Assembly (NCBI RefSeq): GCF_001194135.2
Contig: NC_068984.1
Location: forward strand, 11,590,132-11,654,131
Length of the DNA stretch: 64,000 nt
Direction: 5' to 3'
Source: Octopus bimaculoides
Lineage: Eukaryota
The position numbers and the translations under genes were made by a program. Shown here piece by piece: positions 1 through 11,464 of this stretch; position 1 is the stretch's first letter, and each line of letters starts with the position of its first letter. The notes beneath the pieces were generated by a model. The model saw only the letters and a list, made by a program, of their open reading frames with translations. It was not told the DNA's origin and searched no databases.

Positions 1-138
1 TAGGGATCTGTGATTCCCTGAAGAGAAGGTTACAATTTTAACATCACAGATCCCTATGGATCACATAGGTTGTAATCCTTTGAAACATATGTAGGAATAA
101 AGTATGCAATTATAACATGCGTTTTCTCCATTCCTTAA

Positions 139-176
<38 letters not shown>

Positions 177-339
177 ATAGTACAAGCACTCAAGAAACCT
201 TTTGAGGCTAACCTTCAACAGAAAGACTATATATAAGAAAACAACATGTGATTTAATGCAGGGAAATTCTAAACCATCTGCTACCAGCTAGCTTCTGCTT
301 ACATGCAACAACAATGATTCTCTGGAGCAAAAGGAGTGG

Positions 340-495
340 CAAACCCAGAGTCTAGTACAGTGCGTGATCTGGGGACTGATATGAGAAACAAGACCCTGTT
401 TCATGTGCATATCACCAAGATGATGGCAATGTGCAGGCAAATGGCTGGCTGGATTCTGAGAATTTTCAGAACAAGGGGCCAGGAAACTATGTGTA
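340..495 (+). mobile_element. CR1/L2-type LINE ORF2 C-terminal remnant
   Basis: VRDLGTDMRNKTLFHVHITKMMAMCRQMAGWILRIFRTR resembles the post-RT V(K/R)DLG...HI...GWILRTF segment. Confidence 0.6.
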
Positions 496-500
496 TATAT

Positions 501-690
501 CATCATTATCATCCTTTAATGTCCATTTTCCATGCTGGCATGGGTTGGACAGTCTGACCAGAACTGGCAAGCAGGAGAGCTGCATCAGGTTCCAGTCTGA
601 TTTGGTTGGTTTCTATTGCTGGATGCCCTGCCTAATGCCAACCATTTTACAGTGTGTACTGGGTGCTTTTTATGTGGCACCAGCATAGGG
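501..690 (-). mobile_element. RTE-tail element (family B) 3' fragment
   Basis: (CAT)n tail + tttaatgtccattttccatgctggcatgggttggac, shared with about 16 other copies in the window. Confidence 0.75.
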
Positions 691-1571
691 CTCTTGTAGG
701 CCAGTCCTCTTTATTAGGGGGTGTGGCATTAACAGTTCTGCTGTAGAGTACGGGTTCTCTTAAGTACAGCAAGGCAATAGATATCTCAGTCCTTTGATAT
801 CTCCTCTGCAAGGAGAATAATGTTCACAACTGCTAGGCAACCAGTGTTGGTGTGTTTACATCTCCATAACTTAGCAGTTCAGTAAAAGAAACTAATAGAA
901 TAAAAGCAAAACAAAACAAGTACTGGGGTTGAGTCATTCAGCTAAAAATTCTTCAAGATGGTGCCCCAGCATGGCCGCAGTCTAATAACTGAAACAAAAA
1001 AAAGATAAAACTCTGTTTTTTCTTTCTCTGGTCTCAAATGGGTTTGCCATGTCAGTTACAATAACATAGTTTCTTAGTATCTGTTGTCATTTTTGTTGTC
1101 GATGGTAATGGTAGCTTTAATACTTATCTTTTTCTTTACATTTCTGCTGCGAATAGACACACAATAAATGCAGAATTTTGTTTCACCATTCTAAAACAGA
1201 AATAGTCCAGATGATCATAAAATCGTCTACAATTGTTTAAATGATATTGCCTCGTTGATCACATGTAATTTTAGTAATATATGATATTAAAACGTTAATG
1301 AGAAATTCCCCGTGGTGTAAACAATCTGTCATGGTGTTGAAAGGGGATGATATAATGTGTGTGTGAAAGAGAGGGGGGAGGAGAAAGAAAGAGGGAGGGA
1401 GAGAAAGAGAGAGATTCACAGAATACTGCTAGCACGTGCACACTCACATATCTGTTTATGTATCTTCTAGCTTCTGTTAAAGGGCTGAGGAGATGATAAA
1501 AGTGCAATGTGTGTGTGTGTGAGGGGGAGAGAAAGAGGGAGAGTGGGAGAGAGATTCAAATGAAACCTGCT

Positions 1572-1776
1572 GGAGTGGGTGTGTGGTAAGTAGCTAGCTT
1601 ACCAACCACATGGTTCCGGGTTCATTCCCACTGCGTGGCACCTTGGGCAAGTGTCTTCTACTATAGCCTTGGGTTGACCAAAGCCTTGTGAGTGGATTTG
1701 GTAGACGGAAACTGAAAGAAGCCCATCGTATATATGTATATATATGTATGTATATATATATATATATATATATATG
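1572..1776 (+). mobile_element. tRNA-derived SINE family A (runs into gap)
   Basis: gtgtggtaag...ggttccgggttcattcccactgcgtggcaccttgggcaagtgtc head; same family at 9811, 13846, 61733. Confidence 0.8.
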
Positions 1777-2364
1777 NNNNNNNNNNNNNNNNNNNNNNNN
1801 NNNNNNNNNNNNNNNNNNNNNNNNNNNNNNNNNNNNNNNNNNNNNNNNNNNNNNNNNNNNNNNNNNNNNNNNNNNNNNNNNNNNNNNNNNNNNNNNNNNN
1901 NNNNNNNNNNNNNNNNNNNNNNNNNNNNNNNNNNNNNNNNNNNNNNNNNNNNNNNNNNNNNNNNNNNNNNNNNNNNNNNNNNNNNNNNNNNNNNNNNNNN
2001 NNNNNNNNNNNNNNNNNNNNNNNNNNNNNNNNNNNNNNNNNNNNNNNNNNNNNNNNNNNNNNNNNNNNNNNNNNNNNNNNNNNNNNNNNNNNNNNNNNNN
2101 NNNNNNNNNNNNNNNNNNNNNNNNNNNNNNNNNNNNNNNNNNNNNNNNNNNNNNNNNNNNNNNNNNNNNNNNNNNNNNNNNNNNNNNNNNNNNNNNNNNN
2201 NNNNNNNNNNNNNNNNNNNNNNNNNNNNNNNNNNNNNNNNNNNNNNNNNNNNNNNNNNNNNNNNNNNNNNNNNNNNNNNNNNNNNNNNNNNNNNNNNNNN
2301 NNNNNNNNNNNNNNNNNNNNNNNNNNNNNNNNNNNNTTATTTGTTTTTATATTTCAGATCAATA

Positions 2365-3996
2365 ATGTCAGTGAAGGATTGCAATGGCGTGATGAAACAC
2401 GAGAAGAAAAAAAAGATAGCTGTTCACTGGTTCCGGCATGGACAACGTCTTCATGATAATCCTGCTCTTGTGAATGCCCTGAAAGACTGTGATGAATTCT
2501 ACCCAGTCTTTATCTTCGATGGAGAAGTTGCTGGTACAAAACTGTGTGGTTTTAATAGATGGCGATTTCTATTAGAAAATCTGAAAGATCTGGATGAATC
2601 ATTTGCTGAATATGGTGGGAGGCTGTATACTTTCCAAGGCAAACCTGTTGAAGTTTTTAAGAATCTTCAGAAAGAATGGGGTATTACTCACATCACTGCT
2701 GAAATTGATCCTGAACCAATATGGCAGGAAAGGGATGATGCAGTGAAAGAATTTTGTCAGAAATCAGGTATCGAGTGTGATTTTTTCACTTCTCATACTC
2801 TGTGGGATCCAAAACTTTTACTGAAAAAGAATGGAGGGACACCTCCACTGACCTTTGAATTATTTCAGCTTGTTACTTCTTCTCTTGGACCACCTCTTCG
2901 CCCACTTGATACCCCAACTTTTGAGGGAGTTAAAATGCCACTACCTGAAAACCATGAGAAATTTGCTGTACCAACATTAAAATCACTTGGTATTGATCCT
3001 GAGTTTGAAGAACAGAAAAGCCCCATCAACGTTTTTATTGGTGGTGAAAAACGTGCTCTTGTACTACTTAAAGCACGTTTAGAAAAAGAAGCCCAAAGTT
3101 TCCGCCATGGCCAATGCTTGCCAAACCATCAAGAGCAACCGGAACTGCTGGCCAGAGCTGTCAGTTTAAGTCCTTATCTCCGCTTTGGTTGTGTCTCAAT
3201 CCGTAAAACTTATTGGGATATATGTGATACTTATAAAAGGATCAAGAAGGTTGAGGCTCCAAATGAGATTGTTTGCCAACTTTATTGGAGAGAGTATTTC
3301 TATATTATGTCTATTGATAACATCAATTTTGATAAAATTGAGAACAACCCTTATTGTCTGAAAATCAACTGGCAATATAATGAGGAGTTTTTGAAGAAAT
3401 GGGAAATGGGACAAACTGGTTACCCATGGATTGATGCAATCATGAATCAGTTACGCTTTGAAGGCTGGAATCATCATGTTGGTCGTCATGCAGTGTCTTG
3501 TTTCTTGACAAGAGGTGATCTTTGGGTGAGTTGGGAAGATGGTTTAAAACTTTTTCTGAAATATCAGTTGGATGCAGATTGGTCAGTTTGTGCTGGAAAT
3601 TGGATGTGGGTGTCCAGTTCAGCTTTTGAGAAAGCTCTTCAGTGTCCTACCTGCTACTCTCCTGTTGTGTATGGTATGCGGATGGACAGAAATGGAGATT
3701 TTGTGAAAACCTACGTTCCCGTCTTAAAAGACATGCCACTTAAATATTTATTCTGTCCATGGAAAGCACCTTTGGAAATTCAAGAGAAAGCTAATTGTAT
3801 TATTGGCAAAGATTACCCTGAACCAATCGTTATGCATCGTGATGCCTCCAAACAAAACATGACCAAGATGTATAAAGTAAAGGAACATTTGTTACACCAA
3901 GACGTACCTCATTGTGGTCCAACCAATGAAACAGAAGTTTGGAAATTTGCCTGGCTCCCACCAATTGAACACCACGATCTGGCTCACAATATTTAG
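2365..3996 (+). CDS. cry1: Cryptochrome, type 1 (Drosophila-type/L-CRY), single coding exon, 543 aa
   Basis: Uninterrupted ORF from ATG 2365 to TAG 3996. Motifs: WFRHGQRLHDNP, SLSPYLRFGC, QLYWREYF, GQTGYPWIDA, LDADWSVCAGNWMWVSSSAFE (dCRY-type Cys at the FAD N5 position, C409), Trp chain W336/W387/W390/W413, tail PHCGPTNETEVWKFAW. Acceptor ttgtttttatatttcAG ends at 2357. Confidence 0.96.
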   Translation: MSVKDCNGVMKHEKKKKIAVHWFRHGQRLHDNPALVNALKDCDEFYPVFIFDGEVAGTKLCGFNRWRFLLENLKDLDESFAEYGGRLYTFQGKPVEVFKNLQKEWGITHITAEIDPEPIWQERDDAVKEFCQKSGIECDFFTSHTLWDPKLLLKKNGGTPPLTFELFQLVTSSLGPPLRPLDTPTFEGVKMPLPENHEKFAVPTLKSLGIDPEFEEQKSPINVFIGGEKRALVLLKARLEKEAQSFRHGQCLPNHQEQPELLARAVSLSPYLRFGCVSIRKTYWDICDTYKRIKKVEAPNEIVCQLYWREYFYIMSIDNINFDKIENNPYCLKINWQYNEEFLKKWEMGQTGYPWIDAIMNQLRFEGWNHHVGRHAVSCFLTRGDLWVSWEDGLKLFLKYQLDADWSVCAGNWMWVSSSAFEKALQCPTCYSPVVYGMRMDRNGDFVKTYVPVLKDMPLKYLFCPWKAPLEIQEKANCIIGKDYPEPIVMHRDASKQNMTKMYKVKEHLLHQDVPHCGPTNETEVWKFAWLPPIEHHDLAHNI

Positions 3997-4075
3997 TCAT
4001 ATTTTTGTAACGACTTCAAGTGATTTTATTAAACTGTGTTGTTACTGTTAGTTTCTCGATTATAATCTGTAGTAA

Positions 4076-4081
4076 AATAAA
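4076..4081 (+). terminator. Candidate proximal polyadenylation signal (AATAAA) of cryptochrome
   Basis: First AATAAA about 80 nt after the stop; the region is AT-rich, so weak evidence. Confidence 0.25.
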
Positions 4082-7000
4082 CATTAGTGGCCAAGACAGC
4101 ACTAACAGATTTGTCAGAATGAAAGTAACTATGCACTTATTCTTTTCTAAAACAATTTGTTTTCTTGTTGATTGGTTAAATACAAGTGTTTGTTATATTT
4201 GTTTAATATTCTAGTTATAATCATCTTGTGTATATTATTGGGTGGGGGGAAAAAAAAAAAAGACCCATTTCACTCTCTAATGAAGGGCTTTACTTGGAAC
4301 AATGTTCTCATATCACCACAACATATAAATTTAATTTTATTATGTTGACTTAAGATTTATATCTTAGACATTTGTTATGTATTGTAAAATATTGTAAAGT
4401 AGCTTACTGAGAAAAAGCATTGGCAGAAAGAATTTGTAATTGCTTCTTGTCACTAGTTTGAGATTTCTTAACATGAAAGGTTTTGAGACACAATGCATAG
4501 TCACAGCCTGTGTCAATTCATGCAATTCATGCAACTCCTGCAGCTTATGTGTAGCCCATGCTAATTGTATGCTAAAGAAGGGCTAAAAACCTATAATGTA
4601 TGTTGGACCATTCGACTGTCTAAGTTTTCAATTGGCTACTGAATAGCATCAGGTTATTTAAGTAGAACTGACTGGAGATATTAATAATGAAAAATAAAAT
4701 ATTTTAAAATTCATTTTTACAACTGATCACTTATTTGATTTAGATACCTTCATAAATTGTTAGCACAGATATTTTACCCATGGATTCTTGAGACAGCAAA
4801 CTGGCAGGGTCATTAAAGCATTAGCTGAAATACCTTGTGTTAGTTTTTCTGGCTCTTTTCCTTCTAAGTTCAAATCAGTCCTGCCTCAGCTACATTGGGT
4901 GGCAGATAGATAAACTCATATTTTGGTGAGTAGTCTACTTGCTCTCCTGCACCATTTCTTAATCATTAGGACATTAAAAACAAAATCTAATTTTTATCCT
5001 CCATAAAATTTCTTTCATTAGATTTCAGACAATAATTTTAATATTTTTCCCCATTCTCACCAGTTTAAGGTTGCTGTTTGTAGTTTAGTGGTTAGATAAT
5101 TTTATTTGTTATTTCCATATGATTTTTACAAAAGACATGATCTGTGTCAGACAACACGCTATAGTCTTGCAAGGCAAAAAAGAAAAAATAAACAAGTAGT
5201 TATTTAGCTGCACAATGCTTTCACATTCTTTTAGTTCATTTCCTCATTCTCATAAGAAATGTTATGTTCATTGTTGTGATTTTGTTCTTTATTTAGTATA
5301 AAAAATAATGGTAGGATTGTTTCTGAAAGAAATTACAAGTTAAGAGAATAATTTGTGTTCAAAACACTGGCAGTTTGTAAACCAGTTACCATCAGTCATA
5401 TAGAAAAACACTAGCATTATTGCACATATTTCCAACTATTCTCATTTTGCACAGAAATTATAGAGTATTATTTTAAATATGCTAATTTTCATGCTTATTC
5501 TTCATTTCTTTGGCAAATTACGGTGAGTGTATGCTTTGTTGAGGAGGTATGATAATACTAAAACATACCTGAAGTTGTGTCTCATATTTGTCAAAATTAT
5601 TAAAATGATATTAATCATTGAGCTAATATTGTTTTTTTCTCGCTGCCTATTTATTTCTAATTAGCTTTCTGGTACTCATTTCATTAAACACTTCAACACT
5701 AATTTAATTCTGTTTTAAATTTATCACCAAAGTATGCTAATCAGAGTGCCAGTTTAAAGTCATTGTATGTTCCTAGAAACCAGTCATCACTTTCTATATA
5801 CTTTTGGCATTTAAACTACTGCATTGCTTTTCTTGCTCTGTTACCAGTAATCGGAAAAGCTTTCTGCATTACCCAGTGTCAAGATACAAAATATTGGCTC
5901 TTAATTTTAGTGGAGGCCAATCCTTTATGCACTTGTAATGCATTTCTTGTATAAAGCTATAAGAGTTATGTTATCTGATGTCTCCAACACTCTCTCCTCT
6001 CCTTTTATCTCATAATGATGAGTACACAGCTCTATCATTATGGTATTGAGTAAATGAGGGAGACTGTTCTCATGGATGTCAGTCTGTCATGGGTCACATT
6101 TTTAGAATATACACAGCTAAGGGGACTGAGGTCCAGAGGCATAAATGATCAGATTTAAACTAAAACTCCATGATCTAATCGTCAAAAAACTTTATTCACT
6201 TGGAATAATCATATTAATCATCTCATAAGATCCTAATTTATATTTTGCTACATCATTAGAACATGTGATATGCTCTGGTAGTAGTTATTGTAAGGGAGGT
6301 CATCACTTTTAGATTAATCATGATGAGGTTAGAAGTTTGAAATTTAAATTGAAAAGTAATGAAGAAGCAGAGTATACATATTTAATTTTTTCTCTCTCGT
6401 TACATTAATCTTAAATATTCTAATCATAGGTAGCCATGTATAGTGCCATTTCATCCTTATTTGAAATCATCAGCATGACATAACTCAATTACACTACATT
6501 AGGCTTTACATCAAAATTCAATATGACTGAAATTTTGAAAACATTTTTTTCCTGTTAATTATATACTACTACTACTACTACTACTNNNNNNNNNNNNNNN
6601 NNNNNNNNNNNNNNNNNNNNNNNNNNNNNNNNNNNNNNNNNNNNNNNNNNNNNNNNNNNNNNNNNNNNNNNNNNNNNNNNNNNNNNNNNNNNNNNNNNNN
6701 NNNNNNNNNNNNNNNNNNNNNNNNNNNNNNNNNNNNNNNNNNNNNNNNNNNNNNNNNNNNNNNNNNNNNNNNNNNNNTTTTTTTTTTTTTTTTTCAGTTT
6801 TTAGTTTTTACCTATTTTTGGTTAGCATGGTAACATAAATTCCCATACTTTCATTAAACTACCAGATTAATTACTTTTTCAGTTGGATGTGTGTCTTTAC
6901 TGGGCTGGGAGTCTCTTATATATTCCCAGATAAAGCAGATCAAGTTCAAAATGAATGCATGGAAGAGAATATATTCATTTTAAAGTGGTTTCTAGTCGTA

Positions 7001-7200
7001 TTTTATGGATATTTAAAGAATTTTTTAAACCTCACTTTATTTAGTTTTTCAGTAGCTTTTAGTGTTTTCTAGTGTTTTTATATTTTCATTTATATCAGTT
7101 TGTTTGTATTGTTCATAAAGACATTGTATTTTCATTAAAGACTTCTTGGCCTGTGGTATTTTGTTATGCAACCATAATATACTATAAACTATGTTAAATG

Positions 7201-7892
7201 TTTAAATCAACACCACATTCTACTGTGTTAGCAGCGCTCTTTACATTATCCTGTTGAGGTTATTTCTACAGAAATAACCTTACAGATTTTTCCCCCTTCA
7301 TCAGCACCCACCTAACCCACTCTTGTCTCCAAACACATTGATTATAAAGCCACCACATACAGCAAACCCTTAGAATATGGTATATACACTCATTACTCAT
7401 TTTTGTCTTCAGTCTTATTGTTTGTTTGCATCTGACGTCTCAATATGAAACATTGTAGCAAAAAATCAGTCCTGGCTATAATTTCTGTACAAATAACCGT
7501 AACATGATAATGTAAAGAGCACTGCTAACACAGTAGAACGTAGTGTTGACTTATAAAAACATTTAACATACTTTAAGAGTATAATATGGTTGCATAATGA
7601 AATACCATGTGCCTACAAGTAATTAATGTTTACATGCCAGCTCCAGGAATACGTTTAATATGTAAATTGGTATATCCAATAACTTAACACCGCTGTATGC
7701 GGTTGCTATATAAGCAATGTGTTCAGAGGCAAGAGTGGGTTTGATGGGTGCTGATGAAGGGCAAAAACCCCCCGAAATATGGCATATACACTCATTACCC
7801 ATTTTTGTCTTTGGTCTCATTGTTCATTTACATCTGACATCTCAATATGAAACATTGTAGCAAAAAATCTGTGCTGGCTATAGAAATAACCT
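7201..7892. repeat. Nested inverted/direct duplication
   Basis: 7201-7274 inverted at 7481-7556; 7293-7362 inverted at 7692-7761; 7363-7480 direct at 7764-7880. Confidence 0.75.
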
Positions 7893-8852
7893 TAACAAAA
7901 TATTGTATTTTCATGATTAAACTCATTAAATATATGCACTTACATCTGTAATCTGTGTTTGTTCTTTACTAAATCTTTGTTTTATTTTTATTTTTCCCTG
8001 TTCTTTTTCTGTCTTGCAATTTATTTGGCAACTTCACTGTTGGTGGTGGCAACAAAAAAGCACAGTACACACTGTAAAGTGGTTAGCATTAGGAAGAGTA
8101 TCCATCTGTAGAAACCATACCAAAGCCGATATTGGAGTTCGATGCAGTTCTGTGGATTGCCAGTTCCTGTCAAACTGTCCAACCCATGCCAGCATAGAAA
8201 ACAGATGTTAAATGATAATGGTGATGATTAGTTCACAAATCACAGATCCATCATTTACTCTTAATCTCTTTTCAATGCATAACAAAGAACACAAAACAGA
8301 CCAACATGAACATAGAAGGAACACAGTTTGTTGCTGCAACAACCATCTAGAGATATTTACACTACTGCAGAATACTACTTCAGTATTCCTGCAATACAAC
8401 TACAGCACTATTCTAAAACCAATTATCTCAAACCAGACAACCACAGGAAACAAATACACTCAAAAAATAGCAGCAATATCAATAGTCTTGTTAGTTCCAA
8501 ACATAGTGCTTGGGATTCACATCATTGATAAGAGTAGAAGAACCAGCAACAGTTGAACTCTGACTAAATCAATCCAGTTTGCTTTTGTTGTGACACCAGC
8601 CAGAAAGTAGAAGTGTAAAGAAATAATGGAGAGGACATTTCTGAAGTGTCTCAATGTACCTCATGAAATTAACCATAGCATTTAGACGTGCACTGTATGA
8701 TGCTTACCTTGGCGGAAGCTTCATGTGTCTGAAACAATTGATCTATGGGTTGCACCTTGTTATTTAGCCAATATCCTGTGTGTTATAGAAGGCTGCGAGC
8801 TGGCAGCAACGTCAGCACGCCGGGCGAAACACTTAGAAGTATTTTGTCTGTT

Positions 8853-9238
8853 GTGGAGGCGCAATGGCCCAGTGGTTAGGGCAGTGGACTCACGGTCATA
8901 GGATCGCGGTTTCAATTCCCAGACTGAGCGTTGTGAGTGTTTATTGAACGAAAACACCTAAAGCTCCAAGAGGCTCCGGCAGCGGATGGTGGCGAACCCT
9001 GCTGTACTCTTCCACCACAACTTTCTCTCACTCTTACTTCCTGTTTCTGTTGTGCCTGTAATGCAAAAGGGTCAGCCTTGTCACACTGTGTCATTGCTGA
9101 ATATCCCCAAGAACTATGTTAAGGGTACACGTGTCTGTGGAGTGCTCAGCCACTTGCACGTTAATTTCATGAGCAGGCTGTTCTGTTGATCAGATCAACT
9201 GGAACCCTCGACGTCGTAAGCGACGGAGTGCCAACAAC
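8853..9238 (+). mobile_element. tRNA-derived SINE family C, full length, directly after the head of a family F SINE
   Basis: A-box tggcccagtgg, B-box ggtttcaattcc; near-identical copies at 15065 (-) and 20181 (+). Confidence 0.85.
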
Positions 9239-9810
9239 ATGTTATAAGTCTAACCTAATTTGGAACACCACCACCACTGCCAACAACAACAGCAACAGCA
9301 TCTGCAGATTATGTGTTGCAGTTAGTATATTTGTTGAATTTGTGTCATTTTTTTCTGCAGATTTTATGAGATATAAAAACTGAGTCCATGTTATTAACCA
9401 AAGATCAAAGAACCAGTTGTGTATAACTGAATGAACTGGTAAATCTGCCCGTCAGTATTCAGCCAGCAGCTCTCTGAATTTGTGGTAGAAATTTCTGTAG
9501 ATGTCCAGCACAATTATTTTTTTCTTTTCTTAAATAGTTTGGCCTGGTTGAAATATCTGTACCCATGGCCTCTGCAGGCCCTCCAACACCAGGGATACCG
9601 ATACAGTTGATGTTCCTCATGAACAGCTGCATGTTAATAGTTTCAAAGGAAAACATTGGTTGGGAGGAAATTCCAGAAATATAGTATTTGATTGGCAACT
9701 CAATGAAGATGCTACTGTACCAGAGCACTGTTCTGCCAACAACAGTCTATGCAGAACAAACTAAGAAAATGACTGCCAAACCACTCAAAAGTTGAGTGCA
9801 TTTCATAGAC

Positions 9811-10148
9811 AGGCGTAGGAATGTCTGTGTGGTAAGTAGCTTGCTTACGAACCACATGGTTCCAGGTTCAGTCCCACTACGTGGCACCTCGGGCAAGTGT
9901 CTTCTACTATAGCCTCGGGCCAACCAAAGCCTTGTGAGTGGATTTGGTAGACAGAAACTGAAAGAAGCCCGTTGTATATATGTATATATATATATATATG
10001 TATGTGTGTGTTTGTCCCCCCAGCATCGCTTGACAACCGCTAGAATAAGTACTAGAATTACAAAGAATCAGTTCTGGGGGCGATTTGCTCGCCTAAAGAC
10101 AGTGCTTCAGCAAGGCCACGGTCAAATGACTGAAACAAGTAAAAGAGT
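9811..10148 (+). mobile_element. SINE family A, near full length
   Basis: Head, internal (TA)/(TG) microsatellite and gaaacaagtaaaagag tail. Confidence 0.8.
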
Positions 10149-10199
10149 GTCTATGCAGATTACTCAAGATCACCTTCAGAGCTCAAGCCAATTTGCATA

Positions 10200-10450
10200 G
10201 CATGCAGGAAATTGTGGTGAAAAGAATAATGAGATATGCAGGTCATGTTTTCCAACTACCAGAAGAATGAAGGTCCAAGAGAGCCAAACAATGGGTACCA
10301 CCAGAAGGATGAAGAAAGCAAAGGAAACCCAAGAAGACATGACATGCCACTTCAAAGATCTGAAGTAACTTAACATGACCTGGGAAGAAGCAGGTAACGA
10401 TGCTCAAAACCAGGATTATTGGAGATGTTTTGCTGTCCATTGTTCAGGAG
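10200..10450 (+). mobile_element. RTE LINE ORF2 3' remnant
   Basis: RIMRYAGHVFQLPEE*RSKRAKQWVPPEG*RKQRKPKKT matches the RTE C-terminal RW.GHV.R...RGRPK.TW pattern. Confidence 0.65.
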
Positions 10451-11464
10451 AACTGTATGAGAAGAACTAAAACTAAGGTGTTCTGGGGGGTATGACTTAG
10501 AAAAAATGCTAAATGCTGGATTTGAGTGGGCACGCAAGATGGCTGGCATAAAAAGGAATGTAAGAGATACCCAGTGAATTTGTAACCATTAGTTGAAACA
10601 TCAGTTTTCATGTTAGTTTCTATTGTTCTCAGAATTTGCATTTGGAATTTATTAGTGTCACCTGTCAAATTTTCCACCATATAAAGGTAATACAGAATTC
10701 AGTTTAGATTGCTATTGACCTGGTTTATCTTTAGGACAGAAATAAATGTGTCACCTGTGAAAAAATTACCTGTTCTTTCTTCACCTTTAGACAGTCTACT
10801 TTTGTTGTATTTTAGCACCTTCACTGTGATCTAGTTTACATGGAGCTGTAAAAATCCTGTCAAAACAGTCAGAGAAGCCTGGTGCAGGCTTCTGCCTGGC
10901 CGGCTCCTGTCAAACCATCCCACCCATACCAGCAGGGAAGGCGGACGTTAAACAATGCTGTTGCTGCTGATGATGACGATGCACTAAGTTGTTGCGTGTG
11001 AACTTTGCACTGTTGCCTTTCTCTTTCCACATAAAAATAACCAACTGTTACAAGCTCAATGCCCAGAGATTTTCAATGAAAACTAACATCTGGATGTACT
11101 TTTAACTTGTCATAGTGAAAAACTTTGTAAAAGGTGAGAAAAATCTATAGGTGTAAGCAATTTTTTCTTTTGTGAATTCATTTTAATACATCTCCAACTG
11201 CCACATGCAGCCTTATTCAAACTTCTTACCAATTACATACAACAATAACAGGAGAGATGAATGAGTTAAGAAGGTCTGAGTGGACCATCCAGCTCCAAGG
11301 AGTGGAGATCACTGTAGTTGTAGTAGTAGAGATAACTGTTGTAGTGGTAGTGGCAGTATAAGAGCAATGAAACTGCAGGTCTATGGACCAAAAGTTGGAG
11401 TGTGTTGGAAACGAAGAGTATGAATTCATATTCTTCCCACAACAATGGTTTCAAATTTTGGCTC

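Noticed and set aside
1744-2364. 750-aa ORF N-terminal extension of cryptochrome
   Set aside because: Made of (TA)n and Ns. The real start is ATG 2365 (or in-frame Met10) after a splice acceptor.
8853-8930. tRNA genes at SINE heads (also 1572, 9811, 20181, 61733)
   Set aside because: A/B boxes are present but continue into multicopy SINE bodies, and no clean cloverleaf was seen.
9459-9728. 89-aa ORF with a GIPGVGG P-loop-like string
   Set aside because: Lacks the GK[ST] lysine, no other motif, no convincing splice context.
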